A stretch of 64,000 nucleotides of DNA from Ophelia neglecta (lineage: Eukaryota). Position numbers and translations under genes: made by a program. This document shows positions 1-12,825 of the stretch, one piece after another; the stretch's first letter is position 1, and each line of letters begins with the position of its first letter. The notes beneath the pieces were generated by a model. The model ran no database searches. It had not been told where the DNA came from and saw nothing but the letters and a program-made list of their open reading frames with translations. The stretch lies in the NCBI GenBank assembly GCA_965285935.1, contig OZ260663.1:48422001-48486000 (forward strand). The letters run 5' to 3'.

Positions 1-3000
1 CACTTTTTTGTTCTGCATTGTCTTCCTTTTTGTCAGTACCTTGAATGTCAAATGGTGATTATGTCATTCACATTGTTTACAGACCCCTAACACCAGCAGT
101 CTCCCTTCAGTACAGGAAAACACAAACATAGCAGCAACGAATTTTGGCACATTCTGCTTTTATCCAATAGTACAATGAATCATATTATATAATGTATGAG
201 AATTTTCCCCACATGTAAATTTAGTGCTGGCAGAATTCAATATCATATGGGACATATTATAGAAACAGAAAACCTTTGGTAGAATGCTTTGACCAATATA
301 TTCCTCCTGTCAAAACTTATCACATATTAAGGAGGGTTGAGTTTAGTTTAGACTTTGGGGATGATATACTGAGAGAGCTAGATGCAAGCCAGGCTATGAT
401 TTGTTCAATCACATGTCCAGTGCAACAAAAGAATTTGTCATTGAATCTCCATTTTTCTTTCCATTCTCATGAACCAAGGTTATCCTTCCATGGCTAAATT
501 CCAACAGGAAATCATGATCAGTATTCAACATGCCTGAAGCTTTGACCAATAGATGATTTTATGTCATATATTTCTTTAATCATTTATTTGATTTATTTTA
601 CTTTCATTCCAAGGCACACTTTTTCATTGAATAATATAACTAAACTTTGTATATTATCATCAGCTATACAGTTTATATATATATACAGTGAAACCTGGAA
701 ATTAGGGACAGGCAAGGGACTGTGTTAAAGTGCCCTGTTTTCTAAGGTGCCCCTAATTGCAAGGTAATTTTACATGTAAATCGATATGTTGGGTCCTAAT
801 GTAGCTGTCTCTAATTATCAGGTGCCCCTAATTTCCAGGTGCCCTTTAGACCAGGTTTCACTGTATATATATATATTCGAGCACATGGAGTGGAGATGTT
901 TGAGCCTTTGATTTATTTTCTAATGGTCCTTGAAATGGTCGTCAATTGTGTGCCTTTATCTACTAGTACAGTGAACATGAGTATGTTTTGCTGGCTTTGC
1001 TAAGTAACCAAAGACAAATGAACACCTATATACACTGGTACGTAGGAAGAAATTGATCTTTTCATATTCAGATTGATCAAGTTTGTGATTATGGAACACC
1101 TATAGATCAAATGAAGGAGACAATATACATGTATTATATCATTAATGGACCGTTAAACAATAATGTGCATCCATTAATGATACATATATTTACATGTATA
1201 TATCTATCTACCATCCCAGTGAGTATCCCCCCCCCTCCCCCCCCCCAACCACCACCAAGAACAAACAGCTCTTTGTTGTTACCATTTATGTGATTTTTAT
1301 GTCTTTATTCTGAGCAAAGTTCATCAATCCCTGGGATTAACTGTAGTAGATGGAAGTCAATTTCAAATATGCTTGAATTTTCAGGCCATTTTTTTGCAGA
1401 TACAATTCCATATCTTGTACTTACATTTATATTTTTCAAATATCATATTTGAAAATCTGTTCACATTTATGTTTTTATTTGGCATTGCAGAATGCATAAT
1501 TCTGATGCACAATATTCTTACTTATGGAAGAGCATTACCTGTAATAACCTATCCCAGTGAATTAACTGGTCAATAGGGATTTTATCATGCTTATTACCTA
1601 CATGTATGTGTGTGTAGAACAGACTCCTCTTCTTACAAATAATAAGTGTGTGATGTGAAAATAAAAATCAATTTCCCTCTCAGGTAATACATAGATAAAG
1701 ACATGCCATGTTAGGCAGACTCATAGGTAAAGAAATCAGTGTATACCTGTAGTTATATGTACATGTAGGTGTTAACCACAACACTGCACATTAGGAATGC
1801 CCCCATGCTTTGGTATTCTCTCAATTACCTTCTAGTTTTTATAAGAACCACAAAAATAAGAGTTTCTATGTCATTGCACCTTGAAACTTTGCCAACTGCA
1901 ATCCAAACAATTTCCTTTTCTAGCAACTACCTTTATCTTACAAGATAAATTATAGATCAATATTTTGACCGTTGCTAATAACAAACAAGGTTGGAAGGAG
2001 ACGAGCTTGGATCATATTGAGAAAAAAAATTAATGTTTTTCATTTGATGGCCACGGTTGCAAAGATATAAGTATACTTGTGAGCTTTATATGTGCTTAAA
2101 TACTTGAAATTTGTAGGAGCTGCCAGAATTGTTCCCCAAACTTAAGTTGTGAGGATGGGTGATACATCACAGCTCTGATAGTGAAGTATAGTTACCAAGT
2201 CGCTGGTAGGACATAGTCATGAAATGACCGATCAAATACCTAAGGAAAGCACATAGTACCAAGCGACTGATGATCATAAAATGTTGTTTATTCTTTGTTT
2301 GTAGAAACAATGATAGGCTAGGCTAATTTATTTGGGGTGGTAACTAGCATGTCATGAATATTTCACAAATGATAGGTAACAACATTATTCATAAGTTTAC
2401 TTAAGATTTTTAACTCGGAATATGTTAGCACTAACAATTCTGTGAGATAAAGTTAGCATTCAAGTATTTGCCTGTGCACAGTTATTGTTTTACTGTGAAC
2501 TCTGGATGTGATTATAAAGCTGTACTATGTGTTTAATAGGTTGATGCCTGCCTGACATGAATATCATATCTGAATGCTTTCATACATTAATAAAAATGGG
2601 AAAAGAGTAATGATTGTAATTATTAGATAAGGAGTTGCTTTACCTGAAATAATTTCCATCTGTTTTTTATTATTGTTTTGTTTTCAACCTTTATATTATT
2701 TCAACAACTGATATAGAAATTATTACTTATATATATAATCTTAGTTAATTTGAAGGGAAAGGGAGTATTAGTTTTGTACATGTATCTGATAATACCACCA
2801 CCTAATCCTATTATACAGAGGGAAGTAATAATTAGCACAAGTAATTATTATGATGTTATCAAATAACTTAAACAAAAGTGTTTGTCTTAACTCACCTGAC
2901 GGAATTAATGGACAAATATATTAGGAGGCATAAGAAGTGATACCCATGAAATACTCTCCAATGGATCAAAAACTTCTAGTGATAATTCAAATGAAGACCA

Positions 3001-6000
3001 TCATTTATTGTTCAAGTCCATATCAAAATTTCAAGTCCATATCATGAACAGTTTCAGTTTTCAAGGTTCATATCAACGTTTCAATGGATTCTCTGTGACT
3101 TTGGCAAGTTTTTTGGGATACCACTTAATGCCTCCATGTATTAGTATAAGTACCTTTGCTTACAAAAAATTCAGTAGTGAAAGAATGGCTGTCTAACTTA
3201 AAAGATATGTAGGGTTATGTAGATTGGCATGTGCTCTTAATACCATCGCTTATAAAATATGGTATAAAAAAGGTGTGGTGATTAATGATGGGGCGATTAA
3301 TGTTCTGTGTGAGAGAAGTGAGTAGCTGGAGCCCTGTACCCCTATTTACCTGTATTTTGTTTCTCACCCTCTTCCACTGTCTGCTGTTTTTCACCCCCCT
3401 CTGGTACACTTTCAGATGCTACTTCATCTGGGGAGTGATTTTTAATGACTCAAATTTATAAGATATATCTGCCTTGACTGAGTTTTGTGTTAAGTACTTT
3501 TTAGTACTTACAAATTTCTTGGCTGTTTTATACCAAATTGAATAAAACACAGGCCACAAGCCAAAATTATGTAGATGCAAGTATTCAAAATGAAAAAAGG
3601 AAACAAAAGAATAGTTTGCCATGCAAACAGTGATGCATTATACATAGCAATATTAGACATTCCATATGTAACGTTAGTTCAGTCAAAAGCCATATTTAAT
3701 TAATAAAACAAACACTATAAACAGTTCAATATTAAGCTTAGTATGTATGACGCTGAAACACATTTTTACATATGAACAAATAATCAGTGTATTAATATTA
3801 ATATTAGCCGATATGAAACTAACATTTTAAATTTTTTGCACTATTTCTACTACTACATATAACTGTAAGTAAGCATGTAAATCCCAGGTGGTTTAAAATA
3901 TATGTACAGTTATAACTACATGAACTTACCAGTCTGGTACAGGTAAATAATATTTGACATTATCATATCTCTAATTTTAGTTCATATTATGGTAATATCA
4001 ACTTACCTTCCCCGCCTGCATCACCAGCAGCCTCACCACCACCATTCTCCGTTGCAGGCTGGGCATCTGGAAAGGGGATTTATGGTTTGAATATATTTCA
4101 GATTAAAATGAACAGTATTGCTTCACATAAAAGACTAAATGTACATAACTACAGTAAGTCAAGGGTTAAGAAGCATCATGTGAAAATGATAGCACCAGAT
4201 GCTCTTCTAGTGACGATGCAAAAGTATGTATTAATATCATGTCCTAACTGCAAATGAATTTTGGGGCATTTGGGGCATTTTTTTAAAAAGAAAAAGAAAA
4301 AAGGGAACAACAACATTGTGAGTTGAAGTTAACTTTTGGATTATTGATGATGAATGATATTCAAACAGAGTTATTGAATGGTTATTGCAAGTCCTGTGGT
4401 TCCCATGCAACAAGTATGACACCTGACAATATCAGTGTGGTTTTATGATAGGATCAATGTCTGTAGGTAGGGAAACAAACAAATTGATCACCTCCAGCCT
4501 TCAGCCAAACGCCGACAATTCAAGGTGAAATTATATCAATGACAACATTGCAAATAATTTAGACACATCCTTTAATTTATGAAGGGTTAGTAACACATTC
4601 TATAGTGTCAGATCTGAATTTCATTACGCTGTTCTATACAATGGACTTGTTTATGCGTAGCAACATATATTGATGAAACGTCTGCTTAATATACATGTAT
4701 GTATACAATTTTACTCTCCAGTTGTGAGTTTCATAGAAAATAAAGTTAAGTATATGTAAACCCATGCCTGTTCTGAGAAATTAAATTCACTTTCATAACA
4801 TTGCATGTTTTGCATGAATGACAAAAGTCACAACTAGATACTGAATAAGCAAATTAATTTGTGCCTGTTGCCAATATTTCAGACTTCACATACTATACAT
4901 CTGCAGTACCTGTATGGCATACAAGACTGTGTAATATGGATTACCTTAGAAGGTTTCTGTATTTTCTTGGGATAAAACAGAGATTATACCTATTAATTCA
5001 AGACAATAACTTAATGTTAATCATAAGATAAATCTTACATTAATATATTCAGTATTGTTCCTCCATTATTTAATGAATCAAGTACAAATACTGGTACACA
5101 ATAGTTTATCATACATGAGCTCTAAAATCCTGGATAAGCCTTAGCTTCATTAAAATCTACATATAGAATAATCAATAGATTTTGGCAATGGGCAAGTTTT
5201 CTTACATATTTGGCTATACATGCATACATTGTATATATTTTTGTCACTTTCTGTGTGTTATTTCAATATTAACTATTACATGCTAAACTTCATGCAACAG
5301 TTAGCTGATCTACATAATCAGTCTTAATTAACCAATCATTTCCTCTGACTGGTGAAATAACCTTTTTGTTGGTTAACTCAAAAGAAACCACAAACAAATA
5401 TTAACATTGTGTACCATCGCAGGCAAACATTTACACATTAACTTGCTTTTGAAAATAATTTTAAAATAGCCCTGGATGTGTCCTGTAAAATAGTATGTCA
5501 TTCCCAGTACTAAACTTAGTTTGATAAGTTCAGAACCCAAAGTTCACAAGTGTGATTAATAAAAAAAGGCATATTTCTGGACACTAAATGGCTTAAGAGT
5601 ATTTGAGATAGTTGCTAACCTGTAGTTCAGTTATAAATCAGGTGCAATGATGATTTTAGTACAGTAATGCAATAAACAAAATATCACATGGTACATGTAA
5701 TTTCATATCAGCACTCATACAGCACCCAAATGACAACATCAGCACTTGTCTCTAAGACACATGCTGATATGACAATTTGGGTGCAGATACTCGTGCAGAT
5801 ATCAAATAACCATATGATTTATATACATATCAAACAAGGTTACAATAATATTAAGTTAAAAAAACATTTCATAGTCTATACCAGCAATTATTTGAATTAA
5901 ACCAAATATAACTGTCACACTGGGAACACTGTTAAGTGTTTAAGTTACAAAATCCACATTGATAACATCTTCTATGTTCCAAAATCTTTTAAGGTGTGTC

Positions 6001-7911
6001 TGGAAATAACTAAGTCCTTTAGTTATTCTGGTTTCTGTTTGCCACACATAATCATAGATGTATACAGGTAAAATATCTGGAGACATTGGTTACATATTGA
6101 TTTACCGCTTAAATAGTTTAAAGATAAAATAATTGTCTGCTGTAGCCAATACCATAGCATGTTTACAAATTGTGACCAAGCCAATATTTTGGTCCCTGAA
6201 TCTTTGGATTCATGTCTTGATCAAACAAGAGTATGCAGAGCTCAAATGTCTCAAGAGCACTATAGTGCCATCTTGCCTGGCAGCCTTAGATTTATCAAGA
6301 ATTTTATATGTGACAAGTTCCTTATAGAGCAAAATGGTAAATAAACTGTGCATATATATTTTGAGGGCTAGGCCGATACTCTTGATAATATATTCATGAC
6401 AATGAATGATTAGGTCCTAAGCTTTATATACATGTACATGATGACATTTGTCCATCACAAGGTCTGATTTGGCAAAACACAATTGACTTTCATGAGCAAT
6501 AATCAATGATCACTAACTTATAGGTAGATACATACAGTGTATACATATTTGCAGTACCTTGATATCCTTAACTTAAAGTGGATTTGTACTATTGTACAGA
6601 ATTTTCAGCTCCCTTACACTATTCATTTGGTCATAGCTATTACTTATGATATGGATTATTTATATGATGATATAACAGACAGTGCTGTCATAGAATCAAA
6701 GTCTGCATTGCACTCTCATTTCATTGTGCAAAACAAAATGTAAAAGTCAGTAAGCAACTTACTCCATAAGTCTGATTGTCATACTGAGCATGTCTGAGCC
6801 CACACCACTCATAATGACACTGATATGAACTTTGTAACACCCTTTAAGATAACACGTATAGTTACCAGTTTTACATGTCAGGCTCATATGGCAGATTGAC
6901 ACTCAGAATATATGAAAAATATTGAAAGTAGCAAGAAAACTTTACAATTTAAGTGACATCGTTTTAGCTATGAAATGGTGGCTATGAACTAAAATAACAG
7001 TGAGTGCTTTATTTGCTTTCAGTATATCTCTGGAAGAAAAAGCTGATGTTCTAGTATACTTCCATTGTTAAAAGGAAGCTCTACAATGTTGTTTGGGATT
7101 GTTGGCTAGCAGGTTCAGTTTGAGAGGTTCAGTGTGGAGTATTAGGTAATATTTGTTAATCACCTTCTGGGTTCTTAGGTGACAGTATTTTGTCTGTTGC
7201 CAGAGGTTACCTTCAAAACAATGCTTGGTAATGAGTGCCTGGTCTAGGTTTAAATGGTACCTAGAACAATCATTACAGTGGTCTTACTGTAATCCAATTG
7301 TAATAGTAAACCAAGTTTGTGTGATAAACGTAATTTAAGTTAATACTATATAACATAATAATCATTGTTGTCAATAACACTCTGCATGGTATTCTCCATC
7401 AAAAGGTACAAACAAATGTAAAAGTAAATATAGAATAGTCCTACTCATGATAATGAGTAAAATAATGATTATGATGATAATAATAATACTTATAATACAT
7501 ATATAACATGTATCAATAAATATACAGTGTCAGGATAACTAGTTAGTATAGACAGTCTCAGTTATTTATCGTGGCACCAGAAAGTAACTTGAACAAGTTT
7601 TTTTTCTTCTGTTCAATCTGCTTAAATTCATATATATTAACCACGTTGGCTATATTATTATACTAGCTAGAATATGTTCATGGAAATTCTTTTGATTGTG
7701 TCCATACCCTTCGTATGCAATAATGTCATCTAGAACTTGGCTAAGTCAAAAAAAAATTGAAAGATATCATTAAAACATGTGATAAAGTTAGTTTGTTAAC
7801 TTTAATGTTTAATATATCTAAATCAATACCTTGGGATTCGTCTGCTGGTTTATCCTCTGGCTTGTTGTTTGTGCTGGAAGGCTCTGCTGATTTGCTGCCG
7901 TTACACCCCAT
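1..7911 (-). CDS. 5' part of an uncharacterised N-myristoylated/palmitoylated acidic low-complexity protein; gene continues beyond the left edge
   Basis: ATG at 7911. Exons: 7911-7830 (MGCNGSKSAEPSSTNNKPEDKPADESQ, donor G|gtattg); 4066-4007 (ttccag|, DAQPATENGGGEAAGDAGGE, |gtaagt); 3427-3368 (ccccag|, DEVASESVPEGGEKQQTVEE, |gtgaga); 39-1 (tcaag|, GTDKKEDNAEQKS). All junctions are phase 1 and join in frame. There is a possible extra 30-nt exon at 7193-7164 (DKILSPKNPE). The MGxxxS motif plus Cys3 suggests dual acylation. Confidence 0.7.
686..863. mobile_element. Tc1/mariner-pogo (Tigger-like) MITE
   Basis: Perfect 13-bp terminal inverted repeat (TIR) CAGTGAAACCTGG...CCAGGTTTCACTG, inserted in a (TA)n run (TA target site). 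Internal subrepeats AGGTGCCC(C)T. Confidence 0.85.
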
Positions 7912-8002
7912 CTTCGTAGTATGAACTGGTAAAAGGACGGATAAAGTCACACTAAGTTCTATCTCGTGTTGCAGAGTGGCGAGAAATAGCTTTATTGGGC
8001 CC

Positions 8003-8050
8003 TTAATATAACGCGCCACGGCTGTTTGTAACCTAGGTTGCCCAAGTAAC
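8003..8050 (-). promoter_or_regulatory. Core promoter of the MGC-protein gene: TATA-like box plus RFX X-box
   Basis: Minus-strand TTATATTAA at 8011-8003, about 95 bp upstream of the ATG. GTTGCCCAAGTAAC at 8037-8050 fits the RFX consensus GTNRCC(N0-3)RGYAAC. The region is locally CpG-rich. Confidence 0.55.
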
Positions 8051-9535
8051 CCCCAATTAGGACTGGTGAAGCAAACACTCTCGGATTAATGCATTAATGC
8101 GCGCAGGCAAAATGTATGTGACCATCAGTGGTTGGCCAATCACGCTCCATGGGCGTACAACTCATTAAAGAATTTCCCGCCCTCCCCGGAGGACGAGACT
8201 TCCTCTTACTCCCTCTAGCGGACTAGGAGATCCATATGGCTTATACCACGAACACGTTAAAACTGGAAAAATTACCGAGGGCAGATGTGTGAGCAGACAA
8301 TAAACTATACTGAGTTGTGCATTTTACTATATAGCAACCGAAATGCATCATATTAATACATTCAGTGTTGCGCACCTAATCCATTAAAAGGGCCTGTAAC
8401 TTTATCACCTTAATTATAACATCTGACTTCCTAGTTGATTAAAAACTCAAAGATGTTTTGTTATAGGCCAGGAGTTAGTTATTACAAAGGCAATATTGAT
8501 ATAGGGCCTTATAAAGGACCAATATGTATAAATATATGTTATTTATCACAATTTTCGTATGAATTGACCAAAAGCCAACATGGTTTCTTCATGTGTGACT
8601 TGTTTCCTCTTGTGTTGACGACCAGAGCCACTCCGCTATACACTTGTCTACATGCCCTTTGTATTATCCCATAATAAATAGTTTGTTCTGACAAAACAGT
8701 GCTACTTAGCTTTCTTCCTTTCATAGCAACTATATACAAGCATGTGGGATCCCCTCTGATCACTTGAATGACTGAAGAACCCTCATATTGTTAAGTCCTA
8801 TACTTTTTACAATTAGAAAAAATGGCTATATCTGGTATCTTTATTTATGAATATATACAGACAGTCAGAGACCCATAAGATCAAAAGCCCAATAGGCAAA
8901 TTGTATTTAACATATAAAATGAAACTAAGGAGATACGCGTATTTAACTGGATAATAGTACGTACACACGGCGCATATTTCTATCGATCGTACATATAAAT
9001 AAGCTTTTATGCACCAGTGAAGTCATTGACATGTTCTTATAGGATTATGAACAATTGTTACTACCCTAAATAACTTTTCTTACGTTGACCAATTTGCACG
9101 TCTTTTCGTATTCATAGGCTTGTACGTATATATTATATAGACATATTCTCGAAGACCTATTATATCTACCCTGTTACCTTTCGATGAATGTACGGGTAAC
9201 GTATAGCATTCAAGAATTATTTTCATGCCATATACATGTAGGCCTAGGCGTGCCCCGACTAGCAGCCCTATACATCGTCCCGGGACTGTTCCTACACTTA
9301 AAGCTAATTTTTCATCTTAGAAAACACATTTATAAAAACAACAACAACAAACAGACTTTCAAAACAAATGCTTGTTAATTCCTTTTGACCTGATGATTCG
9401 ACCAAAAGAAAAATCATATAACACTATGAAAAAAAACCATGGATACCTTCTGACAACCGATTGGCTGTTGGTATCATGCTGAAAGTACTCTTTTTAAATT
9501 ATGCGAGGTCTGTTGGCAAAAGTCCTTTTTCAGAT

Positions 9536-9656
9536 TTCCGCGGTCATGTGAAATTGGGAACGATCACGCGTATCAATTGGCTCAGGAAGTGCAGGCCCCA
9601 GGTTCACAGCTTACTCAAATCCTGGACATAGAACCCTGCAGCATGTAACGGTAAAT
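9536..9656 (+). promoter_or_regulatory. Putative promoter/first exon of a plus-strand transcript
   Basis: Clustered GTCATGTG E-box, several ATTGG (CCAAT) boxes and ETS CAGGAAGTG, followed by a donor-like ACG|GTAAAT at 9650/9651. No downstream coding gene was established. Confidence 0.3.
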
Positions 9657-10780
9657 ATCCACGATTTTTTTTAAATGTAGATCTAGATCGACATTATGTA
9701 TATCGGCCATTAATGACGTGTTTTATCTCTTTTTTTTTGGATAACACTGTTTGTTTTTTCGCCACGTGATTTTGTCAGCCTCAAACATATGTTATAGTAA
9801 AGTTATAAGATTTCGCCTTTTCCCAATTGTCCATTTCACTTTCATCATGATGTAAATTGACGCTAATATGTCACTGTGTTCTATTCTGTTGGCTCTATGA
9901 GTATTAATTACATTCATTTTTGTCAACTTACATCATCGAACACTGTATAACAAAAATACTGACTCAGTTTGTGGAAGATATCGATAAACACTTCCTAAGA
10001 TATAAACACATGTGCTTGAAAAGATTAAAACATCTAACAAAAAACACGTATAAGGACAAAAAGTTGTTCACATATATCAAATAAGGGCCATTAATTACTG
10101 TCCTAGTTTTGGTATTATGATTGTTTCATATCCATGAAACAAAACACTGAATGTGTAGAGGTACATGCTTACTTTGGTGAAATTTTGGATAGACAGCTGA
10201 CTGATTCACTTTTCTATTATGAGCATGAATTGTTAGGTAATGTAATATTCATCTGCGGAACAAAACTAATAGGCAAATTCAAATAGTTCACTATCGTTTT
10301 AAATGAATATTTATCCGTTGCATGATTGTTAGTTTAATATATTACACGTAGCTGTTTGTGGGGATAATGTCTGGAAAATCCGTATAAAATGAATAGTCAA
10401 AAAACTGTTAATTAAAAGCGTTAGGATCCTTAGGATGTTCAGTATTTGATAATATTTACGGCTCAATTGTAGAAATAGGAATTAGTAGAAATACATTATT
10501 GTAAAGGAATAGGGGTTCCCTCTATAATTATTATGTATCTGGTTTATTTTCATTGCCAAACTTGTACTTATCTTGACGAACCTTACCGTCATAGTTACAA
10601 CACTAAACTTGTGAATATGACAAATGTTTGACAAGCTTTCCTGGGTAATGTGTGGGCTTCAGAGCTGGCATGACGATGGGCTGCTCGTCTGGGGGGCAAA
10701 ATGGCGCATCCTCTCAAAATTTAGGAGAACACTCAAAGGTACAGGCTACAAACACTTCATTAATATTTATGTCATATTGT

Positions 10781-12034
10781 TTGTTGGGAGACCCATATAT
10801 CTATAGCCGATGTTGGCTAGTTTCTCCTCGGTCTCTTTCTGGTAAACATCAAGGTCAACTCGGTTCGGCAAACTTAAATTTAAACTTAAATTTAATCATT
10901 CAAAATTGAGGTATATTTTCATTCTTGATGTTTGAATTTTGTTACCATGGAAACCCGACATATCAAGCATTCGTATCCTATCAGAAACATCCTTATACTC
11001 AGCTCAATGTGTTGAGCATATTTTTAGTCATTGTGATCACCAATCACAGTGAAACGCACAGTTTCTATTTAGCCAGATATAATTAAATACCCGTTACCAT
11101 GGTAACATCTTAACCAAACCCATCGTGTGATACATCAACCGAGAGCCCCTGAACTTGGTTACATTTCGTACAATCATTATGTTTTAAATTTTCCTTGTTT
11201 TTCATATATTCAGCGAAATGTTGACAAAATGCCCTAATTGGACCTTGTTTCAGGTACAATCAGGATGGTTGCCATAGTAACAAAGCCCTCAATTACGACA
11301 ACGTATAGCAGAAACCACACAGACATCATATGGACATAGTCTAGCATACTAAACATTATATCATCAAGTTGATTTTATCTGTAGTTTTATTTAAGCAAAC
11401 AAGTGTAATTTTTGTTGTTTGAATCCGGTTACCATGGAAACGTGACATATACTGCATTGGTATCTTATCAAAAGAAAAATATCCTCATTCGCCTGCCTCA
11501 TGTGACAATTTTTTGAATCACCTTCATTATAGCTCAATGTGTTGACAATATTTGAAAGTAATTGCAATCACCTAACACAGTGAAATGAACGTTTTCTTCT
11601 TGGCAAGACATAATGGATACCCATCGTCATGGTAACATCTTACCCAAACCCATCGTGTAATACACCAAACGAAAAGCCCATGACCTTGGCTACATTTCGT
11701 ACAATCATTATGTTTTAATATTGTTCCTGGTTTTTCATATATTCAGTGAAATGTTTTAAAAATGCACTATTTGGACCTTGTTTCGGGTACAATCGTGATG
11801 GTTGCCATAGTAACCAAGCCTTCGATCACCAATATGCCTTGCCGATGCCAAACAGACTTCATACAGATTCACCCCAGCCCCTTGATTCCCGTTTCCATGG
11901 CAACCACGGGTTTCCCTACGGGAGTTGAATCTAAACTAATTGATATATGTCAGAAGACACCTTTCCAAACACATTGGTGAAAAAATTTCTTGGTAAGGAA
12001 TTTGTTCCCAGATTTTCACTAGGCCCCCTGACTA
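10781..12034. mobile_element. Non-autonomous repeat (Helitron/Helentron-associated type) with internal ~0.5-kb tandem duplication and multiple X-box palindromes
   Basis: Two diverged copies (about 10941-11290 and 11428-11820). Terminal hairpin TAGCCGATGTTGGCTA near 10803; 3' end CTAGGCCCCCTGACTA. No coding capacity. The family assignment is inference. Confidence 0.6.
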
Positions 12035-12083
12035 TCATCCAGTTGACGGGCTTATCCACTTATCCACGACTCCTTTTTTACTG

Positions 12084-12215
12084 ATAGGAAGTCATATACA
12101 GGTAATCTTTTGATGGCTATTAACTTGCCCTTGACCTCTGATTGAAGATCAAATCCTTCAATAGGAAGTCATATGCATGGAATCTTTTGATGGCTAATAA
12201 CTTAACTTTGATCTC
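12084..12215. repeat. Two-copy ~77-bp tandem repeat (ATAGGAAGTCATAT...TTGACCTCT)
   Basis: Copies start at 12084 and 12161. They resemble the internal subrepeats of non-autonomous elements. Confidence 0.7.
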
Positions 12216-12277
12216 TTTCATTGTGCTTTTTGGTCACCTAGTGAGGGGCACCTCCCCCCAACAGTTGCTTACCTAGA

Positions 12278-12720
12278 CCCCCCCCCACTCTGCAATTTTA
12301 GGGGGTACCCATGCTTGTTCATTACTTTTGATAACTGACCCCTATCTCAGGAAAGGCATTGAATTTTTGCACTCCCTTATCTCAGGCTATCGCGGGGTTT
12401 TTCAGGTTTTTTACCCCCCTAACTCAGGCTTGATGAAATATCACACCCTATTCTCAGGCTCCAGGAAAAACCTAACCCCTTTTATAGTAACTTTCCAACC
12501 CATTTCTCGGCACATGCTTGTAAAAATACCCCTTTTTTCCATTTATCGGGAGGCTGATAAAAAATACCCCTTTTTTTCAATTTCTCGGGAGAAAGAAACG
12601 AGAATGTACCCCTTTTTCAGGAATTCTCGGGCCCGAGATCAAAGCCCAAAAAGTACCCCTTTTACCGAAGAATCGTGAACGCGCATGCAGCCCCCCAACC
12701 CAAGGAGAGGGGGGACCGGG
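12278..12720. mobile_element. MITE-like element with imperfect TIRs
   Basis: Left end CCCCCCCCCACTC...GGGGGTACCCATGCTTGTTCA pairs imperfectly with right end TGAACGCGCATGCAGCCCCCC...GAGAGGGGGGACCGGG. Internal subrepeats ACCCCT(A)TCTCAGG and TACCCCTTTT. The 116-aa ORF here is spurious. Confidence 0.55.
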
Positions 12721-12825
12721 ACCTAGCATACAAGTGGCCTCGTGCTGACTTTACACGAGGCGACTTATGATGAGACATCCGCTACTTGTGAGGAGACATC
12801 CACATCAACGCCAACTGTGTCTAAC

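Noticed and set aside
3930-3933. 4-nt micro-exon candidate (cag|ACTG|gtaagt) in the MGC gene
   Set aside because: It would shift the frame between two in-frame exons, has a weak acceptor, and has no other support.
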